From positions 17,037 through 81,036 of the forward strand of contig JANPDL010000008.1 in the NCBI GenBank assembly GCA_031431475.1: a stretch of DNA of 64,000 bases, read 5' to 3'. This DNA is from Hyphomicrobiales bacterium. GTDB lineage: Bacteria; Pseudomonadota; Alphaproteobacteria; Rhizobiales; Beijerinckiaceae. Position 1 is the first letter of the stretch; each line of letters opens with the position of its first letter. Under the pieces are notes generated by a model. It worked only from the letters and a program-made list of their open reading frames with translations. It was not told where the DNA came from and did no database searches. A program made the position numbers and the translations under genes. This document shows, piece by piece, positions 56,879 to 64,000 of the stretch.

Positions 56879-58018
56879 GTGCGCGGGGCCCCAGACGGAT
56901 TGCACAGTGGTTGGAGTTGCGTCTTGTCTCAGTCTGCCCATGCCCTGAACGATCTGAGGACGGCCTTTGCTGCAAAGGACGAGGCAGCGCGTGAATCTGC
57001 GGTCGACAAGATCACGGATCTCTTCGTCGCTGGTGCCCCCCAATTTTCCGAAAGCCATGTTGCGCTCTTTGATCAGGTGATCGGCCTTCTGGCCGAGGCC
57101 ATAGAGATCCGGGCCCGTGCAAGATTGTCTGAAAGGCTGGCGGATGTTGAAAATTCACCACCTATTCTGGTGCGCAAGCTGTCACGGGACGAGATCGTCG
57201 TGGCGCGTCCCGTGCTTGCCCGATCGGCCCGGCTGACGGACAAGGACCTCGTCGACGCGGCCCGGTTCGGTGGCCGGGATCATATGCTGGCAATATCCGA
57301 GCGACGCGATCTGGCGGAGCCGGTGACGGATGTCCTCGTGGAGGAGGGTGACCGCGTGGTCGTCAACGCCGTCGCCAGCAATCCCACGGCGCGCTTTTCT
57401 GCCAAGGGCTATGACGCACTGATCACCAGATCGCGGGCGGATGATCTCCTGCAGGCTGCCCTCGGGCGTCGCAACGATATTCCCCAGCGGCACATGGCCG
57501 TCCTGTTCGAGCTTGCCAAAAAGGCGGCTCGCGAGCGCTTGCAGAATGATCATGGCGGCATTGCCCGCAAGACAGTCTCCGAAGCGGTGAATGCAAGCGC
57601 GCGTGATCTTGCGGCGGAAACAAGAGCACGATCAGAAGCCTACAAGCTGGCGGTTCAGCAGGTTTCTGCCTTGATGCAGGAGAACGCGCTGAGCGAGCCT
57701 GTATTGCTTGATTATGCCCGGCAGGGCATGGTGGATCACGCGGTGGTCGGGTTGTCCTACCTCAGCAAACTGCCTCTCGCGATGGCGGAGCGCGCTGTCG
57801 TATCGGCGGATACTGATGCACTGCTGATCATCAGTCGATCCATCAACATGGCCTGGACCACCGTGCGCGCGCTCTTTGCGATGCGGCAGCAACACAAGCC
57901 ATCGTCCCGACAGCTTGAACAGTTGGCGGAGAGCTACGGCAAGCTCACACCCGCCACGGCCCAACGCGTTCTGCGCTTCCTGCATGCGCGTGAGAGCGCT
58001 GTTGCCGCGCGGACCTGA
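56879..58018 (+). CDS. DUF2336-like alpha-helical repeat protein
   Basis: 379 aa. Repeated helical segments of the type KITDLFVAGAPQFSESHVALFDQVIGLL...VARPVLARSARLTDKDLVDAA, typical of the alphaproteobacterial DUF2336 family. GTG start, uncertain. Confidence 0.6.
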   Translation: MRGAPDGLHSGWSCVLSQSAHALNDLRTAFAAKDEAARESAVDKITDLFVAGAPQFSESHVALFDQVIGLLAEAIEIRARARLSERLADVENSPPILVRKLSRDEIVVARPVLARSARLTDKDLVDAARFGGRDHMLAISERRDLAEPVTDVLVEEGDRVVVNAVASNPTARFSAKGYDALITRSRADDLLQAALGRRNDIPQRHMAVLFELAKKAARERLQNDHGGIARKTVSEAVNASARDLAAETRARSEAYKLAVQQVSALMQENALSEPVLLDYARQGMVDHAVVGLSYLSKLPLAMAERAVVSADTDALLIISRSINMAWTTVRALFAMRQQHKPSSRQLEQLAESYGKLTPATAQRVLRFLHARESAVAART

Positions 58019-58024
58019 TGGCGC

Positions 58025-58723
58025 TCAGTCCATCGACCTGCGAAATGTCAGATAACTCGGGACGCGGCCTTCGTTGATGGCCTTGGCCTCGTACCGGGTG
58101 CCTGGCCAACCGTTATATGGCGTTGTCCAGTCCGGCGCAGCCGCGGCTTCCCATCGGAATTGGACCATTGGAATAATGCGCGCCAGCGTCCAACCCACAT
58201 AGTCATCGATATCGCTGGCGAAGCGGAATATTCCGCCCGTCACCAGCGCCCGCGCAATCAAACCGAGCGATTCCTCCGAAACAAAGCGCCGCTTGCGCTG
58301 TCGCCGCTTGGGCCACGGATCGGCATAGAGCAGATCGATCTCGGCGATGGAGCCTGGAGACAGTTTCCGGAGCAGGCGTGTCGCATCCTCATCAAAAACG
58401 CGGATGTTGCCGATCCGGTGCTTGTCCACCTCCATCAAGAGCTTCGCCATGCCGTTGACGAAAGGCTCGACGCCGATGAAGCCAATATCCAGATTTTCCG
58501 TCGCACGGTGAACCAGATGTTCCCCACCACCAAAGCCGATTTCGAGGCGGATGGTTTCTGGCGACGAAGGGAAAAGCGCGACCGGATCGAGCGTTTGCGG
58601 TCCAAGGTTGATCTTCAGCCGGGATAGCCCGTCCGCCCAAACAATTGCCTGCGCCTTGCGCAGGGTTTTGCCCTTGGAACGACCAAAGAAGCGGCCGCGT
58701 TCAGGTGTTTCGGACGTGTCCAT
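58025..58723 (-). CDS. trmB: tRNA (guanine-N7)-methyltransferase
   Basis: RLEIGFGGGEHL...IGVEPF...YADPWPKRRQRKRRF. 232 aa. Confidence 0.9.
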   Translation of the reverse strand: MDTSETPERGRFFGRSKGKTLRKAQAIVWADGLSRLKINLGPQTLDPVALFPSSPETIRLEIGFGGGEHLVHRATENLDIGFIGVEPFVNGMAKLLMEVDKHRIGNIRVFDEDATRLLRKLSPGSIAEIDLLYADPWPKRRQRKRRFVSEESLGLIARALVTGGIFRFASDIDDYVGWTLARIIPMVQFRWEAAAAPDWTTPYNGWPGTRYEAKAINEGRVPSYLTFRRSMD

Positions 58724-58741
58724 GCCGCTGTCACTATCAAG

Positions 58742-58768
58742 AAAAAGGGCTGGCGCGAAAGCCAGCCC
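58742..58768 (-). terminator. intrinsic terminator of metK
   Basis: gggctggc-tttcgc-gccagccc forms an 8-bp GC-rich stem, followed on the minus strand by tttttctt. It is also flanked by a T-rich run on the plus strand. Confidence 0.75.
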
Positions 58769-58800
58769 TTTGGTTCTTTTTGACCATTCTGCAGAGAATA

Positions 58801-60006
58801 TCAGGCAATGGCCTTCTTCAGGGCATCGACGAGATCCGTGCGCTCCCAGGAGAAGCCACCGTCGCGCGTCGATTTGCGACCGAAGTGGCCATAAGCCGAC
58901 GTGCGGGCGTAGATCGCCTTGTTGAGATCGAGATGCGTGCGAATACCGCGCGGTGAAAGATCCATCACCTTGGCAATCGCTTTCTCAAGCACGGCTGCAT
59001 CCACTTTGCCCGTATCATGCAGGTCCACGTAGATCGACAGCGGCTGCGCGACTCCGATGGCATAGGACAGCTGGATCGTGCAACGCTCTGCTAGCTTGGC
59101 CGCAACCACGTTCTTCGCGAGGTAGCGCGCGGCATAGGCCGCAGAACGGTCAACCTTGGTCGGGTCCTTGCCGGAGAATGCGCCGCCGCCATGGGGAGCA
59201 GCACCGCCGTAGGTGTCAACGATGATCTTGCGTCCAGTAAGGCCACAATCGCCATCCGGTCCGCCAATTACGAACTTGCCGGTCGGGTTGACATGCCACA
59301 CCGTATCCTTGGTGATCCAACCCTCAGGCAGCGTCTCGCGAATGACAGGCTCGACGATCTTCTGCACATCTTTCGATGACAGCTTGGCATCGAGATGCTG
59401 GGTGGACAGCACGATCTGTGTCGCGCCGACGGGCTTGCCATCCTTGTACTTGATCGTGACCTGGCTTTTTGCATCCGGGCCAAGCACGCCGCAGCCACGC
59501 TCGCCGGACTTACGGTACTTCGTCAGGACCTCAAGGATCTTGTGGGAATAGTAAATTGGTGCAGGCATCAATTCCGGCGTCTCGCGGCAGGCATAACCGA
59601 ACATGATGCCCTGATCGCCAGCACCTTCGTCCTTGTTGCCCGCGGCATCCACGCCCACGGCGATATCCACGGACTGCGGGTGCAGGAGAACGTCGATCTT
59701 GGCAGTCTTCCAGTGAAATCCACTCTGCTCATAGCCGATGGCCTTGATCGCCTTGCGTGCAGCAGACTTCACTTTGCTCTTCATGGTTTTTTCGTCGAGC
59801 GAAGTGCGAACTTCGCCGGCGATCACAACGCGGTTGGTAGTGGCCAGTGTCTCACATGCCACGCGCACATCCCAAGGGCTCATGTTTGATTTGGCGGCTT
59901 CCTTGAAGAAAAGGTCCACGACTTCATCGGAGATGCGATCACAAACCTTGTCGGGATGGCCTTCGGATACGGATTCGCTGGTAAAAAGATAGTCAGAACG
60001 GATCAC
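58801..60006 (-). CDS. metK: S-adenosylmethionine synthase
   Basis: [52 protein letters not shown] start at 60006. Confidence 0.95.
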   Translation of the reverse strand: MIRSDYLFTSESVSEGHPDKVCDRISDEVVDLFFKEAAKSNMSPWDVRVACETLATTNRVVIAGEVRTSLDEKTMKSKVKSAARKAIKAIGYEQSGFHWKTAKIDVLLHPQSVDIAVGVDAAGNKDEGAGDQGIMFGYACRETPELMPAPIYYSHKILEVLTKYRKSGERGCGVLGPDAKSQVTIKYKDGKPVGATQIVLSTQHLDAKLSSKDVQKIVEPVIRETLPEGWITKDTVWHVNPTGKFVIGGPDGDCGLTGRKIIVDTYGGAAPHGGGAFSGKDPTKVDRSAAYAARYLAKNVVAAKLAERCTIQLSYAIGVAQPLSIYVDLHDTGKVDAAVLEKAIAKVMDLSPRGIRTHLDLNKAIYARTSAYGHFGRKSTRDGGFSWERTDLVDALKKAIA

Positions 60007-60054
60007 GTGGCTGCCTCCGGAATATCGATTAAATTGAGTCTATAGCAATCAGAT

Positions 60055-60093
60055 GGCTTAAAAAGCCCACCATGACGGCGGGGCTCATAAGCC
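60055..60093 (-). terminator. hairpin plus short T-run downstream of the XRE regulator, within the metK upstream region
   Basis: ggctta...agccc-N12-gggct...taagcc; on the minus strand the inner stem is followed by ttttt. The stem is weak. Confidence 0.3.
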
Positions 60094-60148
60094 AGATGCG
60101 TTCGTCAGGTCAATCAAAATCGGCCATTTCGTTCGGATGAAAGAACGA

Positions 60149-60553
60149 TCAGTCGTTGCTGGCAATCGACATTGCCGCAATGAGGTCGATGATCTTCTTG
60201 CGCAGCTTCGGCTCTTTGATCTTGAGAAACGCGTTGATGAGTTGCGCTCCTTCCGCACTGCTGGCGAAATCTGCGACATAGCCATTCGTCTCTGCTTCGG
60301 CGAAACCCGACAGCATTTTCGCCTCAGATTGCTCACCTTCAAAGAAAAAATTCACGGGCACGCCAAGGATCTTGGACGTTTCCTGCAACCGGCTAGCACC
60401 GATGCGGTTAGTGCCTTTCTCGTACTTCTGGATCTGCTGGAAGGTAATTCCCAGCGCATCACCCAGCTTTTCCTGGCTCAGGCCGACAAGAACGCGGCGC
60501 ATGCGCACGCGCGCACCAACATGCTTGTCGATAGGATTCGGAATTCTTGCCAT
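60149..60553 (-). CDS. XRE family HTH transcriptional regulator
   Basis: VGARVRMRRVLVGLSQEKLGDALGITFQQIQKYEKGTNRIGASRL. 134 aa. Confidence 0.85.
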   Translation of the reverse strand: MARIPNPIDKHVGARVRMRRVLVGLSQEKLGDALGITFQQIQKYEKGTNRIGASRLQETSKILGVPVNFFFEGEQSEAKMLSGFAEAETNGYVADFASSAEGAQLINAFLKIKEPKLRKKIIDLIAAMSIASND

Positions 60554-60679
60554 GCAAAAGTGCTCTTTTGAGAGTTCTCATTGACGCTCTGTCAAACAGA
60601 ACTTACCAATCAGATGATCCCCTCTCCGGTAAGGTTCCGGCACACACACACAGGGGAGACTTGAATAATTTAAATCCAG

Positions 60680-62272
60680 CTAGCGTGATTTTCTCAAAAA
60701 GCAAAGCCCATAGCTTAGTATCAACAATATAATTGCGATAATGTCACCGTATGATCCGTAAATCGTGCCTGAAAGTGCTTTTGCCAGAGAGCCATCAATC
60801 ACGCCAACTGTTCCCAACGGCTGACTGCCTGTTACTCTGCCCATAGGGTCTATGATAGCCGATATGCCTGTGTTCGCCGCACGAAGTTGTGGCAGACCTT
60901 GCTCCACACTGCGCAACCTGGCCTGCGCCAAATGCTGATAAGGACCGGCTGTGTTGCCAAACCAGCCATCGTTCGTGACATTGAGCAGCAATCCGGAACG
61001 CGGACCATCGGGCACAAGCCCTGATGGAAAAATCGCTTCATAGCAGATTAGCGGAATAGCCAATGGCAATCCACTGATCTGCAACGGTTTTCTGCGCACC
61101 CCGGCTTCAAAGCCGCCTGGAATCTCGACGAATTGCCGCAGGCCGAATGCAGCAAATGCAGTTTTGAACGGCAAGTACTCGCCAAACGGGACAAGACGCA
61201 CCTTGTCATAGCTGTCCGCAATGATTCCATCGGGCCCAACGACATGGATGGAATTGAAATAGCGCGTCTGGCGTGCGTCACCGCTCGCATCCTCGGCGCG
61301 GGCCGCTCCCGTGATCAGTGTCGTGCGAGGGCGTATGAGCCCGGCGATCTGGCTCAAAGCCTGTGGCTCACGCGCCAGCAGAAAGGGAAAGGGTGATTCC
61401 GGCCAGACCAGATGAGTGATATCAGAGATGCCGTTGGTACCAGGTGTTGTTGCCCTGTTACTCAGCGTGAGATAGCGGGCCAGCACTTCCTGTCCTGAAA
61501 GGCGATGCTTCTCGCGTTGGCCCAGATTCGGCTGAAGAATGCGCACTTTCACATCTGGAAGCATTGTCAGCGCAGTTGATTGCAGCCGCCAGAGCCCGAA
61601 ACCTGTGATTCCTGCCATGAGTGCAGCTGCGATGGCGGGCAATGCGATCCGTTGCAGTGTGCTGTTACCCGTTGCCAGAACGGCGGGAGCAGCAAAGACA
61701 AACAGCGCCAGAATGGTCATCCCGTTCAACCCGGTTACAGAGGCGATCTGCGCTGTCGCGTCGCTGAAACCCAGCGCTTGACCCAGGCTGTTCCAGGGAA
61801 AGCCGCTCAGGATGATGCCGCGCAGCCATTCGACGCTTGCCATCGCGGCTACGAACGCAAAGATACGGCGGCTTCCGTCTGACCAGAGCAATCTCGCCAG
61901 CATGAAGCCGAAACCGTGGAACAGCGCCAGAGCGGCTGGAAAGCCGATAACCCCGAAGGGCAGCGCCCACGCAAATGTATCATCTTCCACCAGAAAAGCG
62001 GCACCCAGCCACCAGAATCCGGCAACAAAATAGCCGAACCCAAACGCCCATCCCGCCGTGAATGCCGAGCGCAATGCCTGCCATGACCAGCGACCGGGCC
62101 CGGCTGTTGCCCCGTCAATCAGCCATACTGCGACGGGCAGGGACAGCAGCAAGGCAGGTAGCAGGTCGAAAGGTGGCATAGACAACGCAGCGATCGCACC
62201 TGCCAGCGCGGCGATTCCCGACCGCCGCCATCCCCCCAGAAGCAATATGCTATGCGCCAGCCTTTGCAGCAC
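60680..62272 (-). CDS. lnt: apolipoprotein N-acyltransferase
   Basis: Polytopic N-terminal half plus a C-terminal nitrilase-fold domain (ICYEAIFP, NVTNDGWFG). 530 aa. Confidence 0.9.
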   Translation of the reverse strand: MLQRLAHSILLLGGWRRSGIAALAGAIAALSMPPFDLLPALLLSLPVAVWLIDGATAGPGRWSWQALRSAFTAGWAFGFGYFVAGFWWLGAAFLVEDDTFAWALPFGVIGFPAALALFHGFGFMLARLLWSDGSRRIFAFVAAMASVEWLRGIILSGFPWNSLGQALGFSDATAQIASVTGLNGMTILALFVFAAPAVLATGNSTLQRIALPAIAAALMAGITGFGLWRLQSTALTMLPDVKVRILQPNLGQREKHRLSGQEVLARYLTLSNRATTPGTNGISDITHLVWPESPFPFLLAREPQALSQIAGLIRPRTTLITGAARAEDASGDARQTRYFNSIHVVGPDGIIADSYDKVRLVPFGEYLPFKTAFAAFGLRQFVEIPGGFEAGVRRKPLQISGLPLAIPLICYEAIFPSGLVPDGPRSGLLLNVTNDGWFGNTAGPYQHLAQARLRSVEQGLPQLRAANTGISAIIDPMGRVTGSQPLGTVGVIDGSLAKALSGTIYGSYGDIIAIILLILSYGLCFLRKSR

Positions 62273-62284
62273 GGATCTGCCCTC

Positions 62285-63325
62285 TTAGCGCCGCGGCGGC
62301 TGGAACGGCATACCGTCCTCGATCGTCGGATCTATCGCCGAGACCTGAGCCACCGAGCCGGGAGCCCGCTTGTGGATACGGACGCGCTTGATCCGGCGCG
62401 GGTCTGCATCCAGTACCTCGAATTCAAGCCCCAGTGAGCTGCGGATCAACTCTCCGCGCGACGGAACGCGCTGTGCCAGCGTCACGATCAGGCCGCCAAT
62501 CGTCTCGACCTCCGCCGCTTCTGGCTCGGCCGAGAAATCCATGTTCAGTGCCTTGCCCACCTCTGCAAGCCCGGCCTTTGCCTCCGCCACAAAGCTCAGG
62601 CCACCCTCTTCCGCCTCGATCAGCGGACGACCCTCGTCGTCATGCTCGTCCTCGATATCGCCGACGATAACCTCCACCAGGTCCTCAATGGAAACAAGCC
62701 CGTCTGTGCCGCCATATTCATCAACGACGAGCGCCATGTGCGTGCGCGTAGCCTGCATGCGCACCAGCAGATCCATGGCAGGCATGGAGGGCGGCACATA
62801 AAGCACGGGCCGCAGCAGCTTGGCCGAAATCAGCGATGCCGACATATCGACAAGGCCCAGATCGATGGAGGTTTCAGCTTTCCTGCGGCGGCTTTTCGGC
62901 AAGCCTGTTTCCGCCTTGTTCGAGATCAGATCGAGAAAGTCGCGGATATGGACCATGCCCTTGGGATCATCCAGCGTTTCTCCATAGGTTGGCAGTCGCG
63001 AATGGCCCTGTGTGCGAAACACCCGCAGCAAATCACTGAGCGTAATTTCCGCTGTCACCGCGATAATATCGGCACGCGGGATCATCACATCGGCAACGCG
63101 CACGGTGCGGATGCTGAGGATATTGCGCAGCATCACACGTTCCTGCGGCGTGAACTCGGCACCTGGTCCTCTGGCTTCCAGTGCATCCTCGATATTGTCG
63201 CGGATTGAAACCGTGCTCTTGAAGCCAAGGGCGGATCGGAGTCTTCCGAACCAGCCTTCCGAGCCGGGCAGGCCGTCTGATCGGGACGATTCCATCTGTT
63301 CGGCCTTGTCGGCGGTCGAACTCAT
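62285..63325 (-). CDS. CBS-pair/CorC_HlyC domain protein (CorC/TlyC family, soluble type)
   Basis: [14 protein letters not shown]..., two CBS motifs, and the C-terminal transporter-associated domain [12 protein letters not shown]...IGGLIV. 346 aa. Confidence 0.85.
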   Translation of the reverse strand: MSSTADKAEQMESSRSDGLPGSEGWFGRLRSALGFKSTVSIRDNIEDALEARGPGAEFTPQERVMLRNILSIRTVRVADVMIPRADIIAVTAEITLSDLLRVFRTQGHSRLPTYGETLDDPKGMVHIRDFLDLISNKAETGLPKSRRRKAETSIDLGLVDMSASLISAKLLRPVLYVPPSMPAMDLLVRMQATRTHMALVVDEYGGTDGLVSIEDLVEVIVGDIEDEHDDEGRPLIEAEEGGLSFVAEAKAGLAEVGKALNMDFSAEPEAAEVETIGGLIVTLAQRVPSRGELIRSSLGLEFEVLDADPRRIKRVRIHKRAPGSVAQVSAIDPTIEDGMPFQPPRR

Positions 63326-63840
63326 TCTGTCATGGTCTCCAGTGGGTCCGATCCTGCATAGGGGTCAGGAATATCTAGCGATGCAAGGATGGCTGATTCG
63401 AGGCTCTCCATACGCTGTGCTTCGTACGGCGTCATGTGATCATAGCCCAGCAAATGCAAAACGCCATGCACCACGAGATGCGTCATGTGGTGTTCTAGCG
63501 GCTTCTCTTCAGTCGCAGCTTCCGATGCCATCGTCTCGAAGGCCAGGATGATATCACCGAGGAAGGGCGCTTGTGAAATGCTTCCGGGCGCAGCACCGGG
63601 AAAGGATAGCACGTTGGTCGAGCTGTCCTTGGCGCGCCATTGCCGGTTCACCCCTTGCATGCGGGCATCATCGGCCAGCAGAACGGCGATTTCCGCACCG
63701 GCCATGACTGGAACCCCGACCATCGCAACGGCCCGCCGAGCCGCACGGCGCACCTTCGCCGCCGCACCTGTAACGGCTTTCCAGCCCGGTGCCGCCTTCT
63801 GGATGTTGACCTGAACGACCGGAGCCCGTGCGCGCTTCAC
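63322..63840 (-). CDS. ybeY: rRNA maturation endoribonuclease YbeY
   Basis: Zinc motif HLVVHGVLHLLGYDH. ATGA overlap with the downstream CBS gene. GTG start overlapping the phoH stop. Confidence 0.9.
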   Translation of the reverse strand: MKRARAPVVQVNIQKAAPGWKAVTGAAAKVRRAARRAVAMVGVPVMAGAEIAVLLADDARMQGVNRQWRAKDSSTNVLSFPGAAPGSISQAPFLGDIILAFETMASEAATEEKPLEHHMTHLVVHGVLHLLGYDHMTPYEAQRMESLESAILASLDIPDPYAGSDPLETMTE

Positions 63841-64000
63841 ATCTCGCGCCGCTGATGGGTGCCGCCAGCGTCCTCGTAGGCCTTGACGATGCGCCGCACC
63901 AGATCATGCCGCACAACATCGGCATGGCCGAAGGTGATGTGGCCGACGCCTTCCACCGTTGACAGCAACGAAACGGCCTCGATCAGTCCGGATTTCTGCC
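63837..64000 (-). CDS. PhoH-family ATPase, C-terminal end; continues beyond the right edge
   Basis: Hand translation of the minus strand gives QKSGLIEAVSLLSTVEGVGHITFGHADVVRHDLVRRIVKAYEDAG...*, the typical PhoH/YbeZ C-terminus. Not in the track because it is edge-truncated. Confidence 0.75.
   Translation of the reverse strand, partial: QKSGLIEAVSLLSTVEGVGHITFGHADVVRHDLVRRIVKAYEDAGGTHQRREM

Noticed and set aside
60007-60148. Possible SAM riboswitch (SAM-II / SAM-SAH) in the metK leader
   Set aside because: I could not find the conserved pseudoknot blocks (the AAAGCU 3' strand pairing with a GCUU-containing 5' helix). Only a generic hairpin plus T-run is visible. A covariance-model search is needed to be certain.
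1-64000. Mobile elements, prophage genes, tRNA/rRNA genes
   Set aside because: No ORF in either the track or my hand translations shows transposase (DDE), integrase (tyrosine/serine recombinase) or phage structural motifs. No intergenic region has a tRNA cloverleaf or rRNA-like sequence that I could recognise.

Overview
High-GC chromosomal segment that looks alphaproteobacterial (Hyphomicrobiales/Rhizobiales-like). That placement is inferred from gene content and order only. All protein identifications come from reading the supplied translations or my own hand translations and recognising family motifs; no database search was possible.

The window is mostly core housekeeping: dapD, leuB, efp with epmA/epmB, glnD, grpE, hemW-rdgB-rph, hrcA, glyQ, the rimP-nusA-ylxR-infB-rbfA-truB block, trmB, metK, and lnt-corC-ybeY-phoH.

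Accessory metabolic loci are interleaved:
- A TPP-riboswitch-controlled ThiX/ThiY-type importer with no ATPase, followed by an HDAC-family amidohydrolase.
- A LysR-headed ArgE-like/MetC-like operon, divergent from a Dpp-type ABC importer plus an M20 dipeptidase.
- A tightly coupled five-gene sugar operon (PfkB kinase, LacD/YihT-type class I aldolase, FucI-like isomerase, Gfo/Idh/MocA oxidoreductase, Hyi/OtnI-type TIM barrel) next to an SDR aldehyde reductase.
- A Bug-receptor/AtuA(DUF1446)/DUF4387 trio.

Non-coding structure:
- A clear THI-box riboswitch.
- Three to four intrinsic terminators, one of them inside the rimP-nusA leader.
- Two ~95-nt G-rich direct repeats bracketing a tiny membrane-protein gene.
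- A five-hairpin REP/RIME-like intergenic mosaic, with a related hairpin at the glyQ/truB junction.
- A decayed toxin-antitoxin patch (orphan XRE antitoxin fused in frame to a 5'-truncated higA) beside an AT-richer ridA islet.

I saw no transposase, integrase, rRNA, tRNA or CRISPR array. The best candidates for undescribed biology are the sugar operon (33843-40315) and the HDAC-family enzyme in the thiamin-regulated unit (4209-5255).
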